A stretch of 62,431 nt of DNA, filler included, from Choristocarpus tenellus KU-1152 (GCA_964200185.2; 12 parts of 12 records of this genome joined end to end with filler, not necessarily neighbours in it), one strand, 5' to 3'. Numbered from the whole stretch's first letter, positions 38,501 through 51,328 are shown. The notes: generated from the letters alone by a model not told the origin. Numbers and translations: made by a program.

Positions 38501-40819
38501 GTGGAGGAATTCCCAATATTTAGGATGCAACATGGGTGAATGTGGTACTGGGGGTATGGAAGGGGACCCGGGCAGGGTGTTGTGATAAGGATTCACCCAC
38601 TGTTTGGTGACAGTGGCCGCAGTTGGGGACTGGCAGTGAGTAGGGTGGTGTGGGTGGTTGGGTTTTGCAGGTGAAGTGGTGTTGGCAGGCGAGTGTAGGG
38701 TTGGCATCGCGAATGGTGGATTGTGGTTGAGTGGGAGGTAGGGTTGAGGGCTGTGATGCCTACAGAGTAGGTGTTCAGCATGTAGTTCTGGTCCTTGGCA
38801 GAAATGTGACATAGGCAGAACCATGGGGGTTAAAGGACCACCTGGAGCTGATTGCATCAAAACCTGGTCTAAGGCCTCCAGTGTCCAAGAGAGCTTGGCA
38901 AGTACAATGTGGGTGGGGGAACAAATTGAAGGCATCTGGTGGGAAGTTGGTAACATTTAGGGATTAGGTGGAGAGGTACAACCACAATGCAGTAGTGAAT
39001 TGGCCATTTTGGGTGATCTAGTTGACAGCGGAGGTATAGATTGCCCAGGGAGTGGGGGCACAATGGAGGGACCAGGGTTCAAGGGATGGAGAGTCAAACC
39101 TCAAGGCAAGGTCTCACGAGTCGGGAATGTCTGGTTTAAGAATGGTGATGGTGGGAGGGGGTGGGATGGCAAGGGTGGTGGAGGAGCATTGGGAGCAAAG
39201 GGAGTTAATGCGCCGGTGAGGTTAGATGGTGTGCTCGAGGGACTCATTGAATGGGTTAGGGTTAGGGTTAGGGTTAGATGGGATGCTTGGGAAAGAGGTC
39301 AGAGGCACGGTTTAGTTGGAGGAGGTTTTGATAGAGTAGAGGTAGAATGGGGTTGAAATGGAGGGAAGGTGGATAGGACAAGAGTCTGGGGTGTCTGAGT
39401 ACAGGAGCTGAGGGTGTCAATCCCAGTGGGGGTTGTGGGTCAATGAGTCCCCGTAATGGCTCGTAATGGATTGTAATGGCTCCAGCGTGGAAGTTGGTGC
39501 TATCCTGCTCACATGGTTCATTGTGAAGGTTTTGCGGTCTTGCCAACCCCTCCCAGAGTTATGGTGCTCTTCCCCAGTTGAAGAGGGTGATCCCTGAATG
39601 ATGAGTGAATGTCATGACTGTCTCTGAGAATTGGGTATCGTGATTGAGAGTCATGACTGTCTAGCAATTAGCCCAGTAAAGAGAGACAGATGTCACCATT
39701 TCCCACCCCAGCACCTGTGCCATCCCCCCACATCCCCACTCCACATGTGTTGTCCCCATCCATCACAACCCCATCCCGAGCAAATTTATACAAAGATCAT
39801 TGGTTTCTAGCAGTGGGCAGAGCAGTGCTAAGGATACAGTGCAGTTGTATAGATTCTGTACAGGGGTCCATGCGGCCCATGCAGTTGTACTGATAAAGGA
39901 CACTTTTTTTGATGAAAATCATGTTTGTGTTGGCCATTCCAGCGTCCAGCGCACTGTTTGTGAGCTACTTCAATGCCACTCAGAACTCTTTTTTTTATTA
40001 GTGAGCAGTTAGTGAGCAGTGACGTGCGTTTTGTGTGTATTGTATACTCATGTGTACGATGATGAGGCTCAATGCTGCACACACACACAGGGAGTATCAG
40101 TATCAGTAAGAGTAACAATGTCAGTATCACTTTTTTGAGTGTACGAGACGAATTGATATTGATTTTGGATTAGGTGCTGTCTTGAGGGTACTCTTTACAA
40201 TGTGTGCACACACTTAAAAATAAAAAATAAAAAATCAGCAAAAAAAAATAAGCTTTTTTGAGGGATCCTATGCAGCAGCAGCAGCAGCATCAAAACCCAT
40301 TTCCTGAGCACACACCACCGTGAGTAGAAAAGGTTGTCTTGGGGTCACTATTTCAGCAGACCAACGAAGGCAAAAGGATCTCTCTCTCTCTGACAAATTT
40401 AAAAGATGAATTTAAAAGATGAATTTAAAAGATGAGTTTAAAAAATGACCATTGTTTGCCTTCTCTAGAGGGACTCTACCCGTGTGATTCAATTCTAAGA
40501 AAGACATTGTGATGACATTCAATTCTAAGAGCGGAAACTGCAGTTATGAAGGGAGGTGAGTCGTTTCTCGTGCCAGGGACGGACGGTTCTACGCCACTTT
40601 GGTTCTGAAAGATGAATTAATTTGGCTTCGGGGGGGGGGGGGGGGGGGGGGGTGGGCGGGGCGGTGGCTGGCGCTGAGTTGCGGGCGAGGCGAGGGGGGG
40701 TGGGCTCTTCCGTNNNNNNNNNNNNNNNNNNNNNNNNNNNNNNNNNNNNNNNNNNNNTTAATTAATTAANNNNNNNNNNNNNNNNNNNNNNNNNNNNNNN
40801 NNNNNNNNNNNNNCATCTC

Positions 40820-41150
40820 CCCTGCATCCATGCCTCTCTTTCACCACCCTTGTTTAAACTCCAATGGTCTTGTAGATCCACACAGTGGAAAAAACACACG
40901 CCTGCACCATTGTTGCAGGAAACCCTGTTGTTGAGCGCTCCCTCGGGGTGGCAGTGGATGGGTCCGGGGCAGAGATTGCTGGGCCAAGGGTAACAACCCT
41001 TTGTGTGGAGATTGCTAGCTGGCGTACCCATGCCCGACTGAAGCTGAGGTTCAAGATTGCAGCGTCACATGCTTGCTGCATTTCGGGGCCTGAGGTGGAG
41101 GTGAGATGTGGATGTGTGCGGGATGAGGGGTTGGGTGCTCTGGGCATGGG
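40820..41150 (-). pseudogene. Possible CRE-like retrotransposon fragment
   Basis: SFSRAWVR... followed by GVCFFHCVDLQDHWSLNKGGER, resembling the C..C..D..DH...GG Zn-knuckle. Confidence 0.35.
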
Positions 41151-41415
41151 AATAAACAAGCAAGATTGTACATTGAAGGATGTTGATGTACTCTAGTCAT
41201 GGACGTGAGTGATGATAGTAATGAGATTATTAGGGTTAGGGTACATGAAGGTGTAGTGCGAGTGCGTGCTATCCGATTAGTTGGACATTGGATTTTTGGA
41301 GTACTCTGGAGTGTGTGTACTGCATCCTTTTTTTTTTTGTACTATGTTGGTTTATCGGTGTTGGTTAAGGCGGCCTTTTGTGATACTCTCCTTTTTCCAA
41401 TCTGTTTTATCATGA

Positions 41416-41416
41416 C

Positions 41417-41454
<38 letters not shown>
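41416..41454. repeat. (GATT)n microsatellite
   Basis: About 9 perfect units. Confidence 0.9.
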
Positions 41455-41456
<2 letters not shown>

Positions 41457-43104
41457 GTTGCAATGAACACAAGAGTCATGCAGAAGATGCGCCATATTTT
41501 TGTTTTGGGCATCTCCTCCTGTTGAGACTGGCCCTCCTCCATGACCCATTGGTTTGTTCTGTGCTTGTGGCAATGTTCTTGCTTAGGTGGTAGCTGGTGC
41601 AACAGATCTCAAGGCAATCCGGAGTGCCATTTGTAAGGCGGGCGGTGACTTGGCTGGTCCCTTCACTCTCATCAGGGCTGTAGAAGCTGCAGCAGCAGCC
41701 ATTAGTGTTTGAATGTTGGGTGTTCAAAGTGACAGGTCATTTTCTCCCTAATGTTCCATGGCAAAGGCTCTTTAATGTCTCCCTTTGCAGTGCTGGAGTA
41801 TTTGGAGCTTTTGTGCTGTACAGTAGTGCTAGACTGTTGTATTTTTGGAAGGAGGCAGTGTATGGCGTGAACTCGGAAGACCAGTGGAAGAAGTTTGTGG
41901 CAATGGATATATATGGCAATAGGGGAGTGGGGGGGGGGCAGGGGAAGGGTGGGAGGGGCTTGTTTGAATAGTGCACAAAGTGATTGAACCCTCACTGTAT
42001 TATGTATATGACCAGGTTAAGCTTGTGCATTGCTGTGCAGCAACCTTTTTTCTGGGGTTTGGTCTGTGAGTGTGTATTGAGAGGGCAAGCAATGCACACG
42101 TCGTTGCCATCTGAGCAAGCTTCTTGTTTGGGAATTACCTGCTGTGATGGGCTTTTTTTTATTGTGTGCGATGCATGAATGGGTGGTGAATTATTTTGAT
42201 AGCTGAAACCACCCAAGGAGGTGTTGTTGGGGATTTTGGTCGTCAGGTTCACATACGACTAGTGTGCTTTGGCATTTGCTCCTAAAATGTGACATAGGGT
42301 TAAAATAGTTGCTTTCGGCCGCCTACCTACCGTTTTTGAACTGATATACGATAGGGTCTGTAATGTACTCCGAATCTTATAATATAGGCTCGCGTTTTTT
42401 GGTTAAGTGTGTAAGTGTGTTGGGTAACAAAATGTTGGTGTGATTTTTACAAAACGTATACATGTGGGTGACAGAATCGGAGGAGTGTCACAAGTGAGAG
42501 TCTCGTCCTTTACCACGAATGTTTCTGTCAATACAAAAGGCATATATATACATACATACACACATACACATGAACGATGGGGAGGGGGAATGGGATTGGG
42601 GGGTTGTTGTAGTACATTTAAAGAAGAGCAGGTAATTGTTGAGGTTGTTGTTTTACTTGTTACTTTGTTTGACATGAAGAGTGTATGTTAATTACTCTAT
42701 GTTAATTACTACTTGCCGTACGTAACTGTGCAGTAAAGGATTTTGAGATTTGGTGCATAGTGCGATCGATGATTGAAGCCACCGTATTTGGTAATGGCTG
42801 AACAACTGGTGATGGCAACATACGAACTCATCAGGCATCTATCTGCTATCTCAACGTACAACCCCTCACCGATTTATATTTTTTCGTTTTCAAGTGAGGA
42901 TTTTTTTTTTTTTCATTGATGAATGACAACTACTTCGAAGTGCTTGGTTTTGATTGATGGTTGCAAATAAATGTGTGTCATTGTAGTTCTTAGGTGGTTG
43001 GCTCTTAGAGCCGCGTTTCTAGTAGGAGGTGTAACGGAAGAAACATAAGCAGACTAATTTAGGAACTACAATATAGGTACCGGAGCCCCTTTCATAAGGC
43101 GACC

Positions 43105-43368
43105 GAGTCAATCTATCTTGGAGGGTAGAGAGCCCAGTCCGTTTGGGAGTCAAAGTCTGATGTTGCGATTTTGATGTAATTTTGGCTATCGTGTTTGTTA
43201 GGAAGTGTCAATATCCTTATACCAGACATGTACATGATACCTACTCCAAAAGCGTATACTCCGTAACATTTCGGAGTAGGAAAATGTCATAATAACCCCT
43301 GTGGGAAGCCAAGTCCCAGACGGACAAACAGGACAAAACTCGTACTACTCTCTAAGATACTTCCAATC
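43105..43368 (+). mobile_element. MITE family B, full length
   Basis: GAGTCAATCTATCTTGGAGGGTA ... CTCTAAGATACTTCCAATC; 4-bp TSD GACC/GACC. Confidence 0.87.
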
Positions 43369-44163
43369 GACCCTGTGGTAAAAAGAAGTGGGTTGCCTTC
43401 CGGACTGACTCGCCTTGCATTGTTGGAAGTTAACTTTAAGGTTAGTTTCGCCATTTGAGGCTCGTTACTCTCCTCCTCATTAGAAATAGACTCATTGGGA
43501 GTGTGGCGATTGAATTACAGTCTCTTCATCTCATCACCACAATCCTGATCAACATTTATTTCCACAAATTCCATTGAGGTAGCCTACGCACCAGCATTTA
43601 ATTTCTAGTGAAGAGTGGGTGGGGGTCCGCTTCATGGTAGGAATGAGGCAGCAATATTTCGTTGCATGCTGCATGGACGAAGTATACACAAACAAGGTAC
43701 TCTGTCGTGGGCTCCTATATGTGACCATAAACGACAGGGTTCTGAATACCCTTGACAGGGGGCATACCTGTCCGGTTTGAGGAATATTTGTCCCATTTAT
43801 GGGGCAAAAAACACTTACGACATAAAATTCCAAGACAGGGAAACAAGAGTCAAGCCTAAAATTGGCCACCGTATTGACTGACTCGCCATATTTAGGGTTG
43901 GCACCACGTTTATGATAGGTAGGCTATACAGTAGGTATACTAAAGTGGATCGAAATTGGTTGCGTAACTGCTTACGTAGGGTGAATGCCAAGCCTATTTT
44001 CTTTATTCTTCGTAATAACCAAGCAACCTCTGCTACCTTTTTGACGTCTCCTTTGCCTTCAGAAAAGCAGTTGCTATTGGAAAAGGTTTGATCGAATGGA
44101 TTTACACCAAGCAACAATATATAAGCTAGAGTATGTTATGTCCCTTGTGAAGGAGCAGCATTT

Positions 44164-44241
44164 GAGTGAAAGTATCTTAGAGGGTACGAGTTTTGCCCTG
44201 TTTGTCCATTTGGGGCTTGACTTCCCATGGTGTATTTTTAT
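44164..44241 (-). mobile_element. MITE family B, truncated by contig end
   Basis: GAGTGAAAGTATCTTAGAGGGTACGAGTTTTGCCCTGTTTGTCC. Confidence 0.82.
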
Positions 44242-44469
44242 NNNNNNNNNNNNNNNNNNNNNNNNNNNNNNNNNNNNNNNNNNNNTTAATTAATTAANNN
44301 NNNNNNNNNNNNNNNNNNNNNNNNNNNNNNNNNNNNNNNNNCCCCCCCAAGATACTTTGACCCATGGCCTGTGTCTGAGTCATCTGCCCAATGATACTTC
44401 AGATTGCCTCGACAGAAATGTTCAACGCGAGGAGTATAATACTTCAAAGTTCAACCTGAGTTTGTTTTT

Positions 44470-44687
44470 GGCTCAAAGTACCTGGGGGGGGGGGGGGGGG
44501 CGGTCTACACCAGAGTATCCATTCGAGCCCTGACCAGGAGAAGTGAGTGCACTTACATTATCCACCTGATGCATGCCACCAAATCAAATCACACAAACTT
44601 ACGAAGTGGAACAATGGGTCCCGAATGGACAGCCGCCCCCCCCCCCCCCCTCCCCCCTCCCCCTCCCCCCTCCCGATACTTTGAGTT
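44470..44687 (+). mobile_element. MITE family A, diverged copy
   Basis: GGCTCAAAGTACCTGG-polyG ... polyC-GATACTTTGAGTT; flanks TTT/TTT. Confidence 0.8.
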
Positions 44688-45246
44688 TTTTTCTTTTTTT
44701 TCCAAGGGAGAGGGGGAGGGAGGCCGTGATCTTCACACCCTACACCCGATACTCCGTAGTGGTTTAGTGTTCCAAAAGCTTGGCATCACTTCAGCGGGCA
44801 AGAAGCAACCGGGCAGAAATACCCTATAACCCTAATTGCGAAAATAAAATATGAATTGTCCTAACCCTAATCATCACCTAAAAAACCTGGTTGATGAATC
44901 TGCTGTTGTGATCGGGGGGTCCACTCAAGGCGAGCCACAGCAGCAAAAACCGAAAACAATATCGCCTTAGGGTTAGGGTTAGAAGGGTGTAGAAAAAGAA
45001 AAAGAAAGAGCATCTGTCAGGTGGAACTCATTTCACCAATCGATTGAGCGGGCGGTCACCTTCTTCTTTGTTTCCTCCTTGTCCTCCTCCCTGGTTCCCT
45101 TATCTTCATCCTCCCGATTTTTTCGCCACCGGTGTTGTTTCGGTCTTTTTTCCATTTCTTGCTGAAATAAGGCCTTAGCTCCCTGCCTGCCAATGGGTTA
45201 GGGCCAGGGTTGGAGGTTAGAAAGGTCCCAATGGGGAAGGCCTTAT

Positions 45247-45431
45247 TGAGGCAGTTAGTAGGCCTTATTGGAGACCACAAAGCACGAAGCTGAATTAAGG
45301 AACTGTTCTGAGGCAGTTAGTAGGCCTTATTGGAGACCACAAAGCACGAAGCTGAATTAAGGAACTGTTCTGAGGCAGTTAGTAGGCCTTATTGGAGACC
45401 AAAAAGTACGAAGCTGAATTAAGGAACTGTT
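45247..45431. repeat. 62-bp tandem repeat, 3 copies
   Basis: tgaggcagttagtaggccttattggagaccacaaagcacgaagctgaattaaggaactgttc starting at 45247, 45309 and 45371. Confidence 0.92.
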
Positions 45432-45454
45432 TTGCAGCAGATTGCTCTTGTTAA

Positions 45455-45720
45455 GAGTCAAATCATCTTGATGGGTAGAGTCGCATCCAATTGGGGGTCA
45501 AAATCCAATGTTGCAATTTTGATGTAATTTTTGCTATCGTGTTTGTTAGGAAGTGTCAATATCCTTGTTCTGGACACACCCTTTCATAACGCATGTATTT
45601 TACCTACTCCAAAACATTTTGGAGTAGGAGGATGTCATAAAAAACCCCGAGGGAAGCCAAGCCTTGAATGGACGAATAGAGAAAAAACTCGTACCCTCTC
45701 TTATTAAGATACTTTCACTC
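45455..45720 (+). mobile_element. MITE family B, full length
   Basis: GAGTCAAATCATCTTG ... AAGATACTTTCACTC; flanks TAA/TAA. Confidence 0.87.
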
Positions 45721-45869
45721 TAAGGGTTTCTAAACCTCCCCATAGGAGCACCAACACAATTCGGTAGAGATGTGGTATACAAAGGCATCCATCCGATTCT
45801 AAACCTATCAAATACCATGACCATTTTTTTTTAATGCAACCGAGCCGGTCAGGCTGGGATGAACCCTAT

Positions 45870-46310
45870 AACCCAAAGCATTCAAGAAGGTACGAGTTTT
45901 GCCCTTTTTGTCCTTTCAGGACTTGGCTTCCCACAGGTTGTTTATGCCCCTTCTTCAGTTATCTGTGTGAACACAGTGACCAAAGTATCCCAAAGTATCT
46001 GTGGGGGGGGGAGGGGGGGGTCTACACCAGGGTGTCCATTTTGGTCCAAAACCAGGAAAAGTGCACTTTCATTATCCATCTAACCTATGGTACCAAATCA
46101 CCCAAAAAACGCGACATGAAAAAAATTGACCCCAAATGGACAGCCGCCACCCCCCCCCAGATACTTTGAGTCAGCTACCTAGAATGTATTCGACTATGAA
46201 AGCAAGGATATAGATACTAACAAGCATGACAGTCAAAATCCATCAAAATCATAACATTAGATCTATGACCCCGAACGGACGCGGCCCTACCCTCTTAAAT
46301 GCTTTGGGTC
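45870..46310 (-). mobile_element. Older family-B-like MITE split by a nested family-A copy
   Basis: B-like halves at ~45870-45950 and 46173-46310 (taccctcttaaatgctttgggtc) flank the A element. Confidence 0.7.
45978..46172 (+). mobile_element. MITE family A, full length, nested
   Basis: Duplicated CAAAGTATCY start; ends CCAGATACTTTGAGTC. Confidence 0.87.
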
Positions 46311-46679
46311 TTGGCTCAGTTCAGCAGGTGTGGTGACAATACTGACAGAGTCAGGGAGGAAAATCATGTAATTGATAACTTGATTCCTTTCCTTGAGGCA
46401 ATACTATGCATTTGCCATGTACTCTCTGGTGGGTGGCGGGCCTTGACTTGTGATAGACTCAGTTTGAAACCTGCAAGCACACAGCTGAGGTCTAGGCAAG
46501 CAGTAGTGGCCGGCTCAGGAACAAACATGGCACCCAACAAGACACATGCAGCTTCTTACCATTCATCAACCCGGCTAACACTCATTGATCAAAATAAATA
46601 TATATATTATTATCTTGTTCTCTCTTGTATGTATGTATGTATATATATATATATATATATATGTATGAAATGTTGTATT

Positions 46680-46941
46680 GTGTCAAAATCATTTAAGAGG
46701 GAAGGGCTGCGTCCGTGTGGGGGTCAAAATCCAATGTTGCGATTTTGATGCAATTTTTGACTATCGTGTTTGTTAGCAAGTGTCAATATCCTTGCTCCGG
46801 ACACACCTTTTCATAGTCGTATACATTTTAGGTAACAGTGTTCACATAGAAAACCGAAAAAGGGCAAAAAAACCCCTTGCGAAGCCAAGCCCTGAATGAA
46901 CAAACAGGGCAAAATTCCTACCCCCTTTAATGCTACGGGTC
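46680..46941 (+). mobile_element. MITE family B variant
   Basis: gtgtcaaaatcatttaagaggg...caaaatccaatgttgcgattttgatg...gaagccaagccctgaatgaacaaacagggcaaaa...tttaatgctacgggtc. Confidence 0.8.
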
Positions 46942-47100
46942 AATGCTCCATGTAACTGATAGTCACCATCTAGACTCTTTCTACAAATCAGGCATCTTTC
47001 TAAATCCTTGAGGGGGAGGGGCTGTCCTTGAAATTGCATGGCATCCACACCACGCCAACAGAGACGTCTAGCACGGACAGTAACCCTTTATGTCTCCTTT
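46942..47100 (-). pseudogene. Possible CRE-like retrotransposon fragment interrupted by a MITE
   Basis: GLLSVLDVSVGVVW then QPLPLKDLERCLICRKSLDGDY (CxxC...D.G knuckle); may continue at ~46600-46320. Confidence 0.35.
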
Positions 47101-47962
47101 AGTGAAATAGACTGGCGCCACTCCCCCCCCTCTGCCATCCAGATCGGACATCTGAGCTTCTTCGGGTAGGGGGGAGAAGACGGAACAGATATGTGTCACA
47201 TGTAAGGGCTTTATGTAAAAGAAACCCTAACCCTAACCTCTACATAGATTGCGGGAAAGAGAGTACAAGGTTTTCAACGCTTGATACACTCATCATTAGA
47301 CGAAGCATCTACTGCGAGAAGCAGGCCTTAGCCTACTCAAAAATGTAAGAACATTAGGGGGAAGGGAGTGCGTGGGCAGAGGAGGCATCGATTGACTCGA
47401 GAGTTACCTTCATGCCCGAGATGAAAAGATGACCCAAAGTATCTGGGTGGGGGTGGGGGCGGGGAGGGGGGGGGGGGGGGGGAAACAAGGAGACGGGAAA
47501 AGCAAACGTGGGAAACCCATCCACCCACAGAACCCNNNNNNNNNNNNNNNNNNNNNNNNNNNNNNNNNNNNNNNNNNNNTTAATTAATTAANNNNNNNNN
47601 NNNNNNNNNNNNNNNNNNNNNNNNNNNNNNNNNNNGGGGGGGTGGGGGGGGGGGGGGGGGAGGGGGGGGGAGGGAGGTTGATTTCCCATTCGAATGTCAA
47701 CTGATAAAGATACATCGCAGATAATAACAAAGGCGTTCATAATGATAATAATAAATAATATAACTTTTTAGAATAATAAAAATGATGATGGTACAACAAT
47801 GAAGATGGTAAGAGTAGTAGTGGCACATGTGTTTGGGAGTATGTATGCCTTAGATATAAAAAGTTGGAAACATTCGTACATATATGTGCGTATGTATGTA
47901 TTTATGTATGCATGTACTTACTTACGTATGTATGTATTATGTATGTAGTACTTAGTGCTTAC

Positions 47963-49979
47963 ATGCAGCACTGTCTCATGTCAGGGAGTTCCACCACTCG
48001 ATTACGCGATGTGTCCAATCTCACCAGTGAAGGGCAAGCCTCCACACCTGAGAGCAAAAAGAAAAAAAGAAAAACGGACAGAAGTAGCACAAAACCGTTT
48101 CCGTTCTGTACTACTTGTCTAGCCACGCATGCAAAGTACATCATAGTTTCAGCAAAACAAACAGCCATTACACGCAAAAAGCATGATATACATGTATTCT
48201 TATCAAGCAGGCGTGCATTATTTATTTTTATTAAGTTTCGTACTAATCATCCCTGCGCGCTATGAATAGAGCAGATGTGGTACAGGGGCCTCACAACGAC
48301 TACTTATGTGCCTTACGTGCCTTATGTGCCCAATGTGCCCAATGTGCCTCAAACTACGTGACTACTGTGAATCCAAAACCTCTCTACAACAAAAACAAAA
48401 ACGTTTTTATTTTCTGCCGTGCAACGAGAAGGCCAACCCAATTTCGATCCGAGAATCGGAGAACGAGACGGCCCCGCATGATGGCTGGCTGGAACAACCA
48501 AGCGCGTTCGTGAGAGGGACCAGGAGGTAAACTTGCAAGTAGCAGCCTAGAAGGAGTTACTTTCCTAATAACGATAGTGGTGAGTACACTACCATCTGTA
48601 GGTGAGTTGGCAAAGATAATTTTCAACATCTGAAGGCATCCCCTGCACAGAGGAAGGACCCCAACTATAATTTAGATGCAATATATGTGTCAGTGACGGC
48701 ACAGAGCTCTTTCTGGTTGACTGTTGCGTTCCAGGAGATGTACAGACCGAACCCGAATCCTAGTCCCAGCGTAAGCCCTACTCTTTGGGATTATTTTGGG
48801 GGCGGTCTTGTCCGAAAACATGACACGACCAAGACCGCAACCGCTCACTTGCCGATACATAAAGACACCCATACAGAAATGCGGGATTGTCACCGATCGA
48901 GTGAGTTCAACCTCGAAGATGTGGATTAAACGTCTGCTTCTCACCATCAAGGTATTCAAGGTCATTGCCAGAAACGTTGAGGTCTGTGAGCTGTAGACCA
49001 AGGAGAGGCTCTGTTGCAAGATGGCACAGTGAAGATAGGCGATTTGAACCCACGCTGGAGAAGAACAAGGTCAGAGGAAAGGGGGCAGTACTAAATTGGT
49101 TGATGGTCCAACCTGTAAAAAAATGTGCAATATCTGGTGAATGTTTTTGTTCACTGCTGTTCGTCAGGGTATTATCCAGGTGATCATGCTCTGCTGTGGG
49201 TGGCTAAGAGGGTACTTTCGACCAAATAGTGGAGACAACCCCTCCACACGCAAAGGTGTTAACATATTTCCTCTCGATCACGAGGTGTATGTCACGAGAC
49301 ACAAGAGCTGATTTTCAGCGGCCAACATTTGCTTATGGGTGTAACAGCGCCAATCCCTTGACCATGCACAGATGTCCGCGGATTTTCGAACTGCCTTATC
49401 TCCGTAGGTCACAAGCAAATATACGGGTGCAGTTGGCCTACGGGTGCAAATGATGGAAAGGTCAAGTTGGGATGTCTCCCATCCCATAGCGATATTGCGA
49501 AAGATCTTATTGACCGTGGCATCCTTCGCAACCAATGAATCAAAGCAATAAGCCAAAGCAATAGCCAAAGCAATAACATCCACCACGGAATCAAAGACTT
49601 CTGCTCCTGCACTTCCAAACTCTAGCACACTACACTATATGGAATCAGTCCCATTGTAATGTGAGGGTGGCATGTTGAATGATTCTCGGCCTAGGATTAG
49701 AGTTCATTGCACCTCCACCTCAACAAAGAGCTCAATCGTAAGGAGATGCTACACCACCCAGCCTCACCGCAACACACGAAGTCCTTTCATCGGTTGGAGA
49801 CCTACAAGGTTGACAAGGTCGTTGTCCTCCAAGTTAAGCTCTTCGAGAACGGTTGTATCTGCACCTTTCTGAGCTTGACAGATATCTGCTAAGAAAGTCT
49901 CCACCTGAGCAGGAGATTCCAACCTCCTTTTAGACAGGTCCAATATAGAACCGTAGCGAATGTCCGGAAGGTCTGCCAT
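47963..49979 (-). CDS. Leucine-rich repeat protein (SDS22-like LRRs), N-terminal exons, 3' truncated
   Basis: Phase-compatible exons: 49979-49768 (MADLPD...LDLSKRRL...LEELNLEDNDLVNLVGLQPMKGLRVLR); 49054-48945 (VGSNRLSSL...LTDLNVSGNDLEYLD); 48047-47963 (GVEACPSLVRLDTSRNRVVELPDM). LxxLxLxxN repeats. The ATG is preceded by CAG, so an upstream exon is possible. Confidence 0.85.
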
Positions 49980-50405
49980 CTGCACCCTCTTCAAGGATCG
50001 TAGGTGATCAAGTGATAAGATCAACGTGTATATATTGTGGTTGCGTTTTCCTGCTCCGTTTCGGCCTGGTTTGAAATGGGTCAATCAGAAATCACAGGTA
50101 TAGTACACTATTCTTTAATTGGTTAGTACGGTATCCCCGAAACTGGGGTTCTTAATTTAGTTTAGATTAATTATTATACATTATACGCGTGGAACGCTGT
50201 ACCGCGAGCGCTCACACTTCTGTTGTTGTGTTGTGGGGTTGTGGCATTTTCAACAAGGTCCGTCTCGTTGTTACCCTGGCTACCACTAGCCGTACCAGAG
50301 ATTCTGAGAGAATAGTGTCCGCTAACGCTCAGGGAGGAGGTATTGGGAAGGGCTAAGTGCTCATTGTAGAACCTGGGCGCCTGTGGCGCGTGTGATAAGT
50401 CAAGG

Positions 50406-51328
50406 ATGCGGGAGACATGCGCAACCCTGGCCGTGGTTCTTGTTGCAGCTTGTGCCTCTGCTGACGCTTTCATAGTGGGAGGGAGATGTCTTTCAACTAC
50501 AAGGACACCCGGATTTGCAAGATCGAGCTACCAGGTAGATTGGTTGGAAGGGGAAAATCTTGCTGTTGCTCAAAGCTTTGAGTCTCTCGTCGGCCTCGAT
50601 TGACGTCCGTGTCCAATGGAGTTTACCAAACTTCCAGGTCTGAAGGTCCAGGATGGGTTAACGAGCTTGTTGTGAGGAGTAGTACGGAACCTGTTTATAT
50701 GCCTGTCACTTCTGATATCACCCAGAGGTAGAGGCTACATCTCTCTTGCAGTTGAACCCACCCACTTTTCCAATATTGTGTATGGTTGGACTTGACGCCT
50801 GGCGAGCAGGCTTGTTATGTACGTTTAGGGTGAAGCAGTGCTTCATAGAATTGCTGGAAATGGATTCTCATTTGCTGTCGCAATGCAGACCTTGGAAAGG
50901 TTCATGATGGCAAGCAGCAGTTGCGCAACTGTTGCCGTCACATACCCCAATGACCTTACCAGGCGTCAACGCGATTCCATCCTTGGAGTTCCTATCAAAC
51001 CCTCTAACACTAACCAATGAATTAGTCGTGCATCTGGAGCATAATTTTTCTTTGCCAAGCACTCGTACTAACCCCGCACTTTCCTCCCCCACTTCGCCAT
51101 GGACATCATCCAAAGGTCATGGACAGAGGTCATGTTTGTGCCTCATTCCCAACCATGTGCAGCACGTCGGCACCGCAAATGTTGCCCATGTCGGCACAGT
51201 CCCTCCCGAAGCCCCAACATCGGCGATGGAGGCGGCTGGCTGCTTCTCTCGTGGGCCGTGTACCTTCACCTCCCACGGTCCCCCTGAAGCTCCAAGAATT
51301 GCGTGAGGCGTTCGTGCGTCGGGCAATG
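50406..51328 (+). CDS. Putative plastid-targeted protein, 5' exons
   Basis: Exon 50406-50534 MRETCATLAVVLVAACASADA/FIVGGRCLSTTRTPGFARSSYQ is a signal peptide, an ASAFAP-like cleavage site and an S/T/R-rich transit peptide, ending CAG|GTAG. Tentative exons from ~50890 (TLERFMMASS...) and ~51163-51328. Confidence 0.55.

Noticed and set aside
40509-40608. Possible C/D-box snoRNA (GTGATGA...CTGA, about 100 nt)
   Set aside because: Weak terminal stem and no rRNA-complementary guide that I can recognise; would need snoscan or Infernal.
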